A DNA stretch of 55,053 nucleotides from an uncultured bacterium (GCA_903846945.1 CAINCE010000042.1:1-55053), one strand, 5' to 3'; numbered from the stretch's first letter, positions 28,801 through 37,706 are shown. The notes: generated from the letters alone by a model not told the origin. Numbers and translations: made by a program.

Positions 28801-29638
28801 GGATACGGACCAAGAACATCCATTCTGGACGGACCTTGGCTTTGATCATCTGCTTCACGAGGGAAAGCCTCTTTGCGAGCTTGTCGCTGTCAGCGGAGCT
28901 AGCAACATCATATTCCTTTTCTAGCTCTGTCTGGAGTTTGGCGAGGTCGATCTTCTTCAATAGTTCATAGACGACTTCTGCACCGATACCAGCTTCAAAT
29001 AGTGAACCATATTTCACGGCGTATTTGTGATAAGTTGCTTCATCCATGACAAACCCAGCATTCAGGCTCTCGATCTCTCTTCGTGCATTCAAGACTAGTT
29101 CTTTCAATGCTTCCTTGGTCTTATCATCCTGTGCACTCTTCACCTTACTCTTGAATTCACTATCCAAATCCTTGAGGAATTGAGCTTTCTCGGCTTCATG
29201 AACTTTGGTGACGATGTAACCAGCGAAGTAGACTACCTTCTCGAGATCAGATGTCGTCATGCCTAGAATGAGTCCGATACGAGAAGGAACGCTGCGTAGG
29301 AACCAGATATGAGAAACTGGTGTAGCTAGCTCGATGTGACCCATGCGATCACGGCGAACTATGGAGCGAGTGATCTCCACTCCGCATTTCTCACAGACGA
29401 TACCTTTGTATCTGATACCGCGGTATTTTCCACAATAACATTCGAAGTCGCGGTCTGGTCCAAAGATGCGTTCGTCGAAGAGACCTGATTTCTCACTGCG
29501 CTGTGTGCGGTAGTTGATCGTCTCAGGCTTCGTGACTTCTCCATATGACCACTCGAGGATCTTGTCAGGAGATGCCAATGTGAGTCGCACTAGGTCGAAC
29601 TGTGTAGGATCATTTTGCTTTTTTATTGGTGTTTGCAT
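25886..29638 (-). CDS. rpoC: DNA-directed RNA polymerase subunit beta'
   Basis: NADFDGDQMAVH active site, zinc-binding CxC...CxxC near the N-terminus, conserved trigger-loop and bridge-helix regions. Confidence 0.98.
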   Translation of the reverse strand: MQTPIKKQNDPTQFDLVRLTLASPDKILEWSYGEVTKPETINYRTQRSEKSGLFDERIFGPDRDFECYCGKYRGIRYKGIVCEKCGVEITRSIVRRDRMGHIELATPVSHIWFLRSVPSRIGLILGMTTSDLEKVVYFAGYIVTKVHEAEKAQFLKDLDSEFKSKVKSAQDDKTKEALKELVLNARREIESLNAGFVMDEATYHKYAVKYGSLFEAGIGAEVVYELLKKIDLAKLQTELEKEYDVASSADSDKLAKRLSLVKQMIKAKVRPEWMFLVRIPVIPPGIRPMVALDGGRYATSDVNDLYRRVINRNNRLLKLKEINAPEVILRNEKRILQEAVDALIDNSIRHSSSAGAAAIAAQKRALKSLSDSLKSKRGLFRQNLLGKRVDYSGRSVIVVGPELKIDECGLPKHMALELFRPFVIGGLLKKELAYNIRGANRFIDDDAKEVWEILEEVIKGKYVLLNRAPTLHRLGIQAFKPVLIEGNAIHVHPLVCTAFNADFDGDQMAVHVPLSDEAQMEAREIMAADKNILKPGNNDPTVVAKMLDIVLGCFWVTKIKEKSIRQPADESRKSSAGGLSDFKDFKTDLKYFESPQAAELAYNFDDIDLRELVRVIAPKTMKYAALQEQMFETTVGRILFNNMLPEDYPFINEEIGRKRIAAIIDDMITLHGAVNVAPILDKIKTFGFSYATFSGTTWGIDDIMVPAAKGEIVARGKRSADIVSKQFDEGLLTEEERIRKHIEIWQKAKGEVEKAIPASLDKMGSVYDMITSGARGSLSQITQMAGMKGLISSVSGETIEFPILSCAKEGLTPIEYFITTHGSRKGLTDTALNTAKAGYLTRKLFVVAQDVVVSEEDCGTKDSIVIHKQTASGMNIPLSKNIRGRIIAQDIKTADDVVLFKKGHLLSKADASKVEEAGITDVHVRSPLSCKTVRGVCSMCYGLDLGKNSLIALGEAVGTVAAQAIGEPGTQLTMRTFHQGGAAGLGGDITQGLPRVEEVFEKRRPKNPAVVATVDGVVTGFKDMGKEKAIYVIPDIEDKAKGSAKKGSEVEYLFPYRRATTVRVGDRVTKGQLLTDGSADIDEVFEYGGEEKAKDYVITEVGKIYELQGETVSRKHIELIVKQMFSRRRVLEGGNTNLTDGMVVDDIQLGEENAAAKEAGGEPAKVEKLVMGITETSLTRKSFLSAASFQHTTRVLIANAVRGADDDLTGLMENVIIGRLVPAGTGFEGSPKKAMIDAMSAKRDAALGEV
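27875..27960. repeat. AAAGTC-family hairpin element inside the rpoC reading frame
   Basis: Left arm AGTCTTAAAGTCCTTAAAGTCTGAAAGTCC. Right arm GACTTTCGACTTTCGTC plus GATCGACTTTTC. Inner hairpin CCGCCGG-CTGGCGG. Translated as EKSIRQPADESRKSSAGGLSDFKDFKTDL. Confidence 0.75.
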
Positions 29639-29677
29639 GGGGGTTTTATAAATTGAATAATTGAATGAATAATGCGG

Positions 29678-30571
29678 TTAAATTGAGCATAAACTAAACT
29701 TAGACGAGCCAGACTTATTTCCATTTGCATCAATCAATGCAAAACTATTAAAAAGTATAGGGTTATCTATCACATATACCATGTCAATATTACAACTCTT
29801 AAGCACAACCCAGACTGACTTATTTGTTGTGCCGGAGCCAGCGTCACCTACAAAAAGGTAATCCCATCTGACAACACGTAGACCGCGCTCGTTAAATTCA
29901 GATTTCTTCGTTTTATCTGAGTCAACTCCACCGACAACTGGTCCATCCTTCAAAATAGAACTTACTTCACTCTGATCATTTGAGAACAGTACGGACGATC
30001 TTTTATTTGTGTTGTCATTAAAAACAATCGCGGTAAAATACGGTTTACTATCTAGCGTTGACATAGTCCAATCTCTAGAATAATCAACACTAAATCCATT
30101 ACCTGTATAATTCTTTAATGAAGTTTTAGACGTTGTAGAAGTCGGACATGCCCTAAATGCACAAGATGGAGCGACCCTACTCACAGTCGAACCGTCTGGA
30201 CACATTTTTGCATCCTTTGTGCAAGAAGCCGTATCATTAGTCGAACTTGCATTCTCTTCCCAAGGTCTCACACACTGCTGCTTTTGTTCACTCCACAAAT
30301 ATCCAGCAGATCCGATACATCCATGAGAGTCACGGTCGCCGCCAACTACGGCAGAGCTTGTAGACACTGGAATACTCCCATCACCGAATTGTCTCTCACA
30401 CTTTTGAAGGCCTTCACTCCAGATTTCGCCTGCTGACGGATAACATCCACGTGAATCTTTCCCTCCTATTTTCATTGGCTTCTGAAAGAAATACACGCCA
30501 CCCGCAATCGCCAAAACAACGATTGCAATCACCAGTGGAACGACATAACCTTTTTGAAAATTTGTTTTCAT
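29678..30571 (-). CDS. Membrane-anchored/exported Cys-rich repeat protein
   Basis: N-terminal TM helix. Duplicated module GG(K/D)DS(R/H)GC..SAG..WSE....C.R. Further Cys pairs (CTKDAKMCPDGS...CAFRACP). Confidence 0.6.
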   Translation of the reverse strand: MKTNFQKGYVVPLVIAIVVLAIAGGVYFFQKPMKIGGKDSRGCYPSAGEIWSEGLQKCERQFGDGSIPVSTSSAVVGGDRDSHGCIGSAGYLWSEQKQQCVRPWEENASSTNDTASCTKDAKMCPDGSTVSRVAPSCAFRACPTSTTSKTSLKNYTGNGFSVDYSRDWTMSTLDSKPYFTAIVFNDNTNKRSSVLFSNDQSEVSSILKDGPVVGGVDSDKTKKSEFNERGLRVVRWDYLFVGDAGSGTTNKSVWVVLKSCNIDMVYVIDNPILFNSFALIDANGNKSGSSKFSLCSI

Positions 30572-30592
30572 GTTGATAATTTGATTTGATAA

Positions 30593-30847
30593 TTAATATA
30601 GGTTGCTGTGACTGTCTATATCCAAGAAACGAACCCCATTCTCTCTAACTTCATACACTGCTCGCAAGTCGCCCGTCACATTGATACTCCGACATCCTAT
30701 GTATTTCCCATGAAGCCCGTGATTACTCAACTCCGGGGCAAATGAATCAATAATGAATGTCCGTAATCGTTCGTCAAACTTATTCTGAATCTTAATCTGT
30801 AATTTCTTGTACTTCTTTTTAAAGTCTTTATGGAGTTCGATCTGCAT
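30593..30847 (-). CDS. Type II toxin, RelE/YafQ-family mRNA interferase
   Basis: 84 aa. FKKKYKKL...HGLHGKYIGCRSINVTGDLRAVY...DIDSHSNLY resembles YafQ/RelE. It is 12 nt downstream of the antitoxin gene. Confidence 0.75.
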   Translation of the reverse strand: MQIELHKDFKKKYKKLQIKIQNKFDERLRTFIIDSFAPELSNHGLHGKYIGCRSINVTGDLRAVYEVRENGVRFLDIDSHSNLY

Positions 30848-30859
30848 ACGGTATAGATG

Positions 30860-31132
30860 TTAAGACCTTAATGATTTAATCACTTCCTCAGCCGTGTAAA
30901 AAGGACCGATAAAGTTCCTGTTTGCTCGCGAATCGGCCAATAATCTATCAAGAACTTTCATTGTTCGCTTATTAGGCATCGGGTGATCAGCAAAAGTCAC
31001 TTTCCTTTCGGAAATAAACTCCTTGATGTAACCATTCACAACTGCATTTAGAGATACACCCAAAATATGAGATAACTCTTGAGCTTGCTCTTTGACAGAT
31101 TTATTTATCTTGATACTTAACATCGTTTGCAT
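30860..31132 (-). CDS. Type II antitoxin, RelB/DinJ family
   Basis: 90 aa. The N-terminus, IKINKSVKEQAQELSHILGVSLNAVVNGYIKEFI, looks like a ribbon-helix-helix. Confidence 0.7.
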   Translation of the reverse strand: MQTMLSIKINKSVKEQAQELSHILGVSLNAVVNGYIKEFISERKVTFADHPMPNKRTMKVLDRLLADSRANRNFIGPFYTAEEVIKSLRS

Positions 31133-31195
31133 AGTAGTATTGTAATGAGGTGATAATATCTAAAGTATATCGTTTAGATAGATACTGTCAATGCC

Positions 31196-34100
31196 CTATT
31201 CCTCTAGAACCTTAGGTCTACTAACGAGTTCGATATTTAGAGCCAATCCTCTCATCGTCTTCAACAACACATTGAACGATGCTGGCAAGTTCGGCGCACG
31301 GAGCTTCTCACCTTTTACTATGGCATCAAATGTCTGTGAACGACCTAGGATATCATCTGACTTGACTGTCAATATCTCACGCAAAGTATGCGCAGCACCG
31401 TGACCCAAGAGTGCCCAGACTTCCATTTCTCCAAAACGCTGACCTCCGCCCTGAGCTTTACCTCCGAGTGGCTGTTGCGTGATGAGAGAGTAAGGACCGA
31501 TAGAACGCATATGTATCTTGTCCTCCACCATGTGATGCAACTTCATGATATACATAAATCCTACTGCGACAGGCTGATCAAAATGTTGACCAGTTCGTCC
31601 ATCGCGGAGCATCATCTTGCCCGATGCATCAAAGCCAGCCTTCACGAGCTCAGCCTTGATCTCGGCATCTGTCGCACCTACGAATGGCGGGACGATAGCT
31701 TGATAGCCGAGCGAGTTTGCGGCGAGACCTAGGTGGAGTTCGAGTATCTGACCGAGGTTCATACGAGATGGCACACCGAGAGGTGTCAATATAACATCGA
31801 CTGGGCGACCGTCTTCCATGTATGGCATATCTTCTTCTGGGAGAATCTTGGAGATAACTCCTTTGTTTCCGTGACGCCCTGCCATCTTGTCACCGACTGA
31901 GATATTTCTAACCTGTGCGACCTCTATATAGATTTTCTTGATGATACCAGACTCTAGTTTATCTCCCTTCTCTCGTGAAAATATCTTTACGGAGATAACG
32001 CGACCCTGCTTACCATTTTCCATGCGCTTGGATGTATCTTTCACATCGCGAGCTTTCTCGCCGAAGATCGAACGGAGCAGGCGCTCTTCTGGTGTGAGTT
32101 GTGTCTCGCCTTTTGGTGAGATCTTTCCGACAAGGATATCTCCTGGACGAACTTCTGCACCGATGCGGACGATACCTTCCTCTGTGAGGTTTTTGAGTTT
32201 GATCTCTCCTACATTAGGAATATCGCATGTCGTCACTTCTGGACCTAGCTTGGTATCGCGGACATTCACGACGAACTCTTCGATATGGATGGAACTCCAC
32301 TTACTCTCTTTCACTATGCGTTGTGACAAGATGATGGCGTCCTCGTAGTTATTACCTGACCATGACATAAATGCAACGAGCGCATTGTGTCCTAGGGCTA
32401 TCTCTCCATGATCGGATGTAGAAGTGTCTACCAATATATCACCCTTCTTCACTGTCTGACCTAGAGTGACGATAGGTCGCTGATGGAATGCTGTAAAACC
32501 GTTCGTTCGAGAAAATAGAACCAAATTATAATCATGTGTTTTACCGGTCTTCTTGGATTTGAATGTGACCTTCTTCGCATCAACATGAGTGATCTCACCG
32601 TCTTCTGGAGCAACAACGACACGACCAGTATCGATGACCGCCTTTCTCTCGATACCTGTTGCGACAAATGGTGCCTCAGGAACTAGACAAGGCGTTGCCT
32701 GTTTCTGCATGTTCGATCCCATCAATGCTCGGTTAGCGTCATCATGGTTAAGGAATGGAATGAGTGATGTTGCGATAGAAAAGGCTTGGTTGGTATCAAC
32801 ATCGATGTAGTCGATCTCATCTTTCTTGGCCATAGCTGGCTTTCCATTTTGACGAACTTCGGCTTCATCATCTGTGATGTTACCTTCTGCATCATATGGA
32901 GTAGCGGCGTGAGCGATGCGGAAATTTTCTTCTTCTAGGGCATTCAGATATACGACTTCCTTCGTAACCTTACCCTTCACGACCTTGGCATATGGAGTTT
33001 CGATCATGCCAAAATGGTTGATGCGAGCATAGTTCGAGAGACGCAAGATGAGACCGATATTCGGACCTTCTGGTGTATGGATAGGACATAGGCGACCATA
33101 GTGAGATGGATGCACATCACGGACTTCGAATCCTGCACGCTCACGAGATAGTCCACCGGGACCTAAAGCTGTTAGTTGGCGCAGGTTCTCAATCTCAGCT
33201 AGAACATTCTCCTGTTGCATGAATTGGGACAATTGGTTCGTAGTGAAAAATTCCTTGATACGAGCCTGGAGCGGTCTTGGGTAGATGAACGAAACAGGCA
33301 TAGTGATATCTGGCTCAACTGTAGACATCTTGTCCTGGATATTGCGTCTCATCTGGGTCAAACCTAGTCTGATGCGCTGTTCTAGGAGTTCACCAACATA
33401 TCGAACTCGGCGAGAACCTAGGTGGTCGATGTCGTCAGCCTGCATATCAGGCGTAACAGAAAGTGCAACAATATGAGCTATCGTAGTAGCAATATCATCT
33501 AGAGATAGTGTGCGTCGATCCAACTCCTTCTCTTCCATAGATTTCTTGAATCTCTTGTTGAAACGGAATCGTCCGACGCGAGACAGGTCATACCTATCTG
33601 CTGCGAGCAGTGCCTTTACAAATGACCGTGCATTGTCAGCAGTTGCCAAGTCTCCATCACGGAGTCTCTTGTGTATCTCTATATACGCATCATCTATAGT
33701 CTTGGCATGATCTTTCCCTAAAGTTGTCATGATGACTTTCTTGGCATCCTCATTCTTTGCGAATAGTTCAACTATCTTCTCATTGGTATCGGCTCCGAGT
33801 ATGCGTAGGAGGGATGTCACTGGGAACTTTCTCTTGCGATCGATACGGCAATAGACCGTGCCATCAGCATCAGTCTCTATCTCCATCCAAACTCCGCGAG
33901 CTGGGATGACCTTGGCACCAAAATAGCTCTTACCTTTTAGCTCCGATGCTGTAAAGAATATACCGAATGAACGAGCGAGTTGCGGGACGATGACACGCTC
34001 AACACCGTTTATTATAAATGTTCCATGATCGGTCATGAGTGGGAAATCTGCCAAGAACATCTCCTGTTCTTTCACGACATTCAATGACTTGTTCTTCAGT

Positions 34101-34423
34101 GTGACCTTGACCTTGATCTGACCTTCGTAGTTTTGCTTGTTGTTCTTTGCGAAATGCTCATCATACTTTGGTCGTGCGAGCTCCATATGACTAAATGAAA
34201 GCTCGAACTTCTTTCCTGCATAGTCGGAAATTGGTGAAAACTCCTTCAAAAGCTCAGGTAGACCCCTCTCCATAAGATCAGCAAAGGAGATGAGCTGCGA
34301 CTCCACGAGATGCGGCATCTCTGCGAGTGGCACTTTGTATCTAGAAAAATATTTCTTCGGACGGTTGGTTGCTGAGGTTATCGGGACGGAAGCACCTTTG
34401 ACTAGCGTAGTGGATGTAGGCAT
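31196..34423 (-). CDS. rpoB: DNA-directed RNA polymerase subunit beta
   Basis: GDKMAGRHGNKGV, PFMQSNMQ-like MGSNMQKQA, GGQRFGEMEVWAL. Confidence 0.98.
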   Translation of the reverse strand: MPTSTTLVKGASVPITSATNRPKKYFSRYKVPLAEMPHLVESQLISFADLMERGLPELLKEFSPISDYAGKKFELSFSHMELARPKYDEHFAKNNKQNYEGQIKVKVTLKNKSLNVVKEQEMFLADFPLMTDHGTFIINGVERVIVPQLARSFGIFFTASELKGKSYFGAKVIPARGVWMEIETDADGTVYCRIDRKRKFPVTSLLRILGADTNEKIVELFAKNEDAKKVIMTTLGKDHAKTIDDAYIEIHKRLRDGDLATADNARSFVKALLAADRYDLSRVGRFRFNKRFKKSMEEKELDRRTLSLDDIATTIAHIVALSVTPDMQADDIDHLGSRRVRYVGELLEQRIRLGLTQMRRNIQDKMSTVEPDITMPVSFIYPRPLQARIKEFFTTNQLSQFMQQENVLAEIENLRQLTALGPGGLSRERAGFEVRDVHPSHYGRLCPIHTPEGPNIGLILRLSNYARINHFGMIETPYAKVVKGKVTKEVVYLNALEEENFRIAHAATPYDAEGNITDDEAEVRQNGKPAMAKKDEIDYIDVDTNQAFSIATSLIPFLNHDDANRALMGSNMQKQATPCLVPEAPFVATGIERKAVIDTGRVVVAPEDGEITHVDAKKVTFKSKKTGKTHDYNLVLFSRTNGFTAFHQRPIVTLGQTVKKGDILVDTSTSDHGEIALGHNALVAFMSWSGNNYEDAIILSQRIVKESKWSSIHIEEFVVNVRDTKLGPEVTTCDIPNVGEIKLKNLTEEGIVRIGAEVRPGDILVGKISPKGETQLTPEERLLRSIFGEKARDVKDTSKRMENGKQGRVISVKIFSREKGDKLESGIIKKIYIEVAQVRNISVGDKMAGRHGNKGVISKILPEEDMPYMEDGRPVDVILTPLGVPSRMNLGQILELHLGLAANSLGYQAIVPPFVGATDAEIKAELVKAGFDASGKMMLRDGRTGQHFDQPVAVGFMYIMKLHHMVEDKIHMRSIGPYSLITQQPLGGKAQGGGQRFGEMEVWALLGHGAAHTLREILTVKSDDILGRSQTFDAIVKGEKLRAPNLPASFNVLLKTMRGLALNIELVSRPKVLEE

Positions 34424-34461
34424 TTTGAATTTATTAAAATGTTAATAATGATGTTCTAAGC

Positions 34462-34585
34462 GAGATTTACGATTTCCATGCCTGACGGCAGGCAGGAGGA
34501 TTTAAGATTTAAGATTTATGAATCGTCGCAAGCTCACCGAGAAATTGCATCATTCGTAAATATTAAATCTATATTCGTAAATCTT
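34462..34585. repeat. GATTTAN-family composite hairpin in the rpoB 5' region
   Basis: GGATTTAAGATTTAAGATTTATGAATCG pairs imperfectly with CATTCGTAAATATTAAATCTATATTCGTAAATC. There is an outer GATTTACGATTT copy and a small GCCTG-ACGG-CAGGC hairpin. Confidence 0.7.
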
Positions 34586-34766
34586 TGTACTAACACGCGG
34601 GACGCAAAACTAGCCGTCTATGAATAACGGTTTAATTTTCGACTACCTTATAAGGAGATAATCACTTGTAGGATTAATGATAAACCTTTCTAATCCTCCG
34701 CTTGTATACCCTTCTTCGTTCACACTACGAAGGGCACGGCAGAACACAATCTGCGAAGTTGCGTCA

Positions 34767-34795
34767 ACCCTAGCATGCCCCATTTATGAAGTCAA
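34767..34795 (-). promoter_or_regulatory. Candidate promoter for rpoB
   Basis: On the minus strand: TTGACT, 17-nt spacer, TAGGGT. This implies a ~340-nt leader. Confidence 0.3.
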
Positions 34796-34870
34796 GGGGC
34801 TTTTGCCCTATATTCGGGGATAAGTCACCTATAACGGGTTGATTATAGGTTGAAAAGTGCCAATAGCTAT

Positions 34871-35563
34871 CTATTTGGCTATCTTTCTAGTTTTTTTCCA
34901 CTCATCCATCTTTGCATGGTGGCCACTAAGTAGTATTTTCGGTACCCTGTATTTCTTCCCTTTGAATTCTATAGTTTCAGGCCTTGTGTAGACATCTGGA
35001 CTAGCTACCCTAGACTCTTCTACTGACAACTCGTCGCCTAGTACTCCTTTTATCCTGCGAGAAATCGCATCTATGACGATCATCGCTGGTAATTCTCCAC
35101 CCGTCAGAACATATGGGCCAACCGATATGTCCACCATCGGGAACGCCTTCTTTACACGCGCATCGATGCCCTCATATCTTCCGCAAACCAATATGATATT
35201 AGTGTACTTTTTGAACTTATCAGCAACCGCGTTCGAAAACTGCTCACCAGATGGACTGAAGAAGATGATTTTCGACTTTCCTTTCTTTGTACCCTTCAAT
35301 ACGGCCTCGACCGCTCTCATGACCGGCAAGGCTTCCATCACCATTCCAGGACCGCCGCCGTATGGCCTGTCATCAACTCGTCTCTCTGCATAAGTCATCC
35401 TTCCGTCCGCCTTCGCCAATTCCTCGACAGACATAGCAAAATCACGCGGATTGTAGTACTTCACCGCGATCTTCCCATCTGCCTGTGCACGCTTCAATAT
35501 TGAGGCCTGTAAATAGGACTCGAGGCTCTCTGGAAATAGGGTTACTATATGGAATGTGGTCAT
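34871..35563 (-). CDS. trmD: tRNA (guanine37-N1)-methyltransferase
   Basis: FHIVTLFPE, DDRPYGGGPGMVM, CGRYEGIDARV, VLTGGELPAMIVIDA. Start set at MTTFHIV. Confidence 0.92.
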   Translation of the reverse strand: MTTFHIVTLFPESLESYLQASILKRAQADGKIAVKYYNPRDFAMSVEELAKADGRMTYAERRVDDRPYGGGPGMVMEALPVMRAVEAVLKGTKKGKSKIIFFSPSGEQFSNAVADKFKKYTNIILVCGRYEGIDARVKKAFPMVDISVGPYVLTGGELPAMIVIDAISRRIKGVLGDELSVEESRVASPDVYTRPETIEFKGKKYRVPKILLSGHHAKMDEWKKTRKIAK

Positions 35564-35585
35564 CTGCTGTGTTTTGATCATGTTA

Positions 35586-35614
35586 TTGACTATACTAGAA
35601 AAGTGTTGTAAGTT
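35586..35614 (+). promoter_or_regulatory. Candidate promoter for the plus-strand orphan gene
   Basis: TTGACT (35586-35591), 17-nt spacer, TAAGTT (35609-35614). It lies 30 nt upstream of the ATG at 35644. Confidence 0.4.
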
Positions 35615-35643
35615 CAAGCAAGACACAACAACTGAACACTCTT

Positions 35644-36009
35644 ATGACAATTAAAGACAAGTCTATTTGGTGCACGACTATCATCATTTTCGCAATAAAT
35701 CGTTTACACACTAAAGATCGGATCGTCATGGTAAAGTCTACCATTCAGGACCACGATCAGGAACAAAGGATGTGCGCACGGTTCAAAATGTTGCGATTAT
35801 TGAATCGAAAAAATGTGACACTATTTATGAAATGGTATAAAGAATCGGGAGACACTTTACCAAAACTTCCCTTGAGCAACATTGAACTCACTGACCTCGA
35901 ACGAATCTGGGTAATGTTTGCTCTGAACGATCATCTCGACTTCATTGCAAGTCACAAATTAACAGTAGTTCACGGATATTTCATCCCCATGATCTATCCG
36001 CCCAAATGA
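35644..36009 (+). CDS. Orphan hypothetical protein on the opposite strand inside the rpsP-trmD cluster
   Basis: 121-aa ORF flanked by a promoter-like TTGACT-17-TAAGTT and a strong intrinsic terminator. No family recognised. Confidence 0.5.
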   Translation: MTIKDKSIWCTTIIIFAINRLHTKDRIVMVKSTIQDHDQEQRMCARFKMLRLLNRKNVTLFMKWYKESGDTLPKLPLSNIELTDLERIWVMFALNDHLDFIASHKLTVVHGYFIPMIYPPK

Positions 36010-36050
36010 CCACAACCTGCGACTAAAAAACCTTATCTCGAATTCCCTAC

Positions 36051-36076
36051 TCCACGCTCCACAGCGTGGATTTTTT
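36051..36076 (+). terminator. Intrinsic terminator of the orphan gene
   Basis: TCCACGCT-CCAC-AGCGTGGA followed by TTTTTT. Confidence 0.65.
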
Positions 36077-36185
36077 ATATCTGAAACAAGGGTAGACCTT
36101 GTAAACAAAAAATCGAGCTTTCACCCGACTTTTTGTCTTTGTTTATTCTTCTAGTCTCAAGTATCTAGTCTCTAATTTCCGTCTC

Positions 36186-36548
36186 CTATCCCAACTTCAG
36201 ATCTGCCATCGCTTCATCCACCGTCTTTGAGTTTGGAGTGACAAGTGGAACTGTCGGAGCTGACGAGCCCTCTTGTGCCATGCGTTCTGGTGAACGGAGC
36301 CCACCGATTGGCTCATTGATCTTTAGGTTAACGCGAGAGTTGTTCTTCATGCCGACGACACGGAGCAATGTTCGGATGGCCTTGGCAGTGTTGCCCTGAC
36401 GACCGATGATCTTACCCATATCTGCAGCACCACACTCGAGTGTGAGTAGTACTCCCATCTCATCTACTGTACGAGTTGTTTTTACTTCTGCGGGACTGTC
36501 GACTAACGCCTTGATAACATAATCTAGAAATTCTTGATCTTTCTGCAT
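36186..36548 (-). CDS. KH-domain RNA-binding protein (YlqC/KhpA-like) with C-terminal extension
   Basis: GKIIGRQGNTAKAIRTLLRVVG (GXXG KH motif). Conserved position next to rpsP. Confidence 0.8.
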   Translation of the reverse strand: MQKDQEFLDYVIKALVDSPAEVKTTRTVDEMGVLLTLECGAADMGKIIGRQGNTAKAIRTLLRVVGMKNNSRVNLKINEPIGGLRSPERMAQEGSSAPTVPLVTPNSKTVDEAMADLKLG

Positions 36549-36665
36549 AAAATCTTTTTTATTAATTCATAATGGCGTACAGATAACTTACTGTACTGGT
36601 AAACAGTGTACCAAATCAACTATTTACTAGCAATCACACAAAACCCTATATCAATGCCTAAATGT

Positions 36666-37058
36666 TTAAGCGGCTGGAGTAGCTGCTGGAGTTACGGCTT
36701 CTGCAACTGGAGCTTCTGTAGCCGGTGCTGCATCAATTTTCTTTGTCTCTTCTTTTTTTACTTCCTCTTTCTTTATAGGAGACTTCTTAGGTAATGCGTT
36801 CAACTTCTTGCCTTCTATGATCTTCTGACCAACGAGGAAATTGTGAAGTGTTAGTGACAACTTGGCACCCTGTGACATCCACTTCTTTATAGCTTCTGTA
36901 TCCAACTGCTTCTTCGCATCGTTCTTGAGGCGTGTATCATACCATCCTAGGTTCTTCAGGTATTTACCGCTCTTTGGTCCATTCTTCGAATCTGTCAAAA
37001 CTACACGAAAAGTTGGTTCGTGCTTGCGTCCTGTGCGCTGTAATCTGATCATTAACAT
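36666..37058 (-). CDS. rpsP: 30S ribosomal protein S16 with Lys/Glu-rich tail
   Basis: MIRLQRTGRKHEPTFRVVLTDS...GWYD. Confidence 0.9.
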   Translation of the reverse strand: MLMIRLQRTGRKHEPTFRVVLTDSKNGPKSGKYLKNLGWYDTRLKNDAKKQLDTEAIKKWMSQGAKLSLTLHNFLVGQKIIEGKKLNALPKKSPIKKEEVKKEETKKIDAAPATEAPVAEAVTPAATPAA

Positions 37059-37101
37059 GTGGAGAGATACTATCAGAATGTTAGATAACAGTCAACTTCA
37101 A

Positions 37102-37464
37102 TCATTTCCCTACCACCCATTTCTTCACCTTTATCATCTCCTGGAGCATGGCCTGGAGCTTCACACTATCATCGCTAGAAACATCCGAATCCACCAGGAA
37201 ATGTGACAATCTCTTCATGAATACTCCGTATAGATCATAGAAATATTCCTGCAATATCTTGAATTCTGTTTCACTCAACTCAGTTCGCTTGCCTAGCCTC
37301 TTATTACTTTTCCTTTCTGATTCTCTGCCTTTCGACGAAGGTCCGTCTAATATACGCAATATCTCGAGTGGCCTCTTTATCCCGTCGTACAGCAACGAAT
37401 CATGGTTCAAAACACCTTCCAATGAAGGCGACGCTATTTGGTAATCTCGCATAGGATCAGTCAA
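37102..37464 (-). CDS. Hypothetical protein
   Basis: 120-aa ORF co-oriented with rpsP and 43 nt upstream of it. No recognisable motif. Confidence 0.45.
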   Translation of the reverse strand: MTDPMRDYQIASPSLEGVLNHDSLLYDGIKRPLEILRILDGPSSKGRESERKSNKRLGKRTELSETEFKILQEYFYDLYGVFMKRLSHFLVDSDVSSDDSVKLQAMLQEMIKVKKWVVGK

Positions 37465-37472
37465 AAGTCCTT

Positions 37473-37635
37473 AGAGCCCATCCACCATCTCGTGGTACCC
37501 TACCAGGAAAGCTTTATTTTTAGGCGAAAAACAAGCTGGAGTTCGAGCCATAATGAATTATGGCGAGAACGAAGCGCAGTTTTGTAGCCAAAAATAAGGC
37601 TTTATATGGTAGGGGGAAGATGGTGGATGGGCTCT
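37473..37635. repeat. 163-bp long-hairpin / MITE-like element with an 18-bp perfect terminal inverted repeat
   Basis: AGAGCCCATCCACCATCT (37473-37490) is the exact reverse complement of AGATGGTGGATGGGCTCT (37618-37635). Inner arms pair partially. The apex is GCCATAAT-GAA-TTATGGC. Confidence 0.8.
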
Positions 37636-37706
37636 TAAAGTCTTTAAAGTCCGTAAAGTCATGACTACGACTTTATAGACTTTCCAACTTTATGGACTTT
37701 ATGGAC
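37634..37706. repeat. AAAGTC-family hairpin abutting the radC stop codon
   Basis: CTTAAAGTCTTTAAAGTCCGTAAAGTC / GACTTTATAGACTTTCCAACTTTATGGACTTTATGGAC around an 8-nt centre. Confidence 0.8.
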
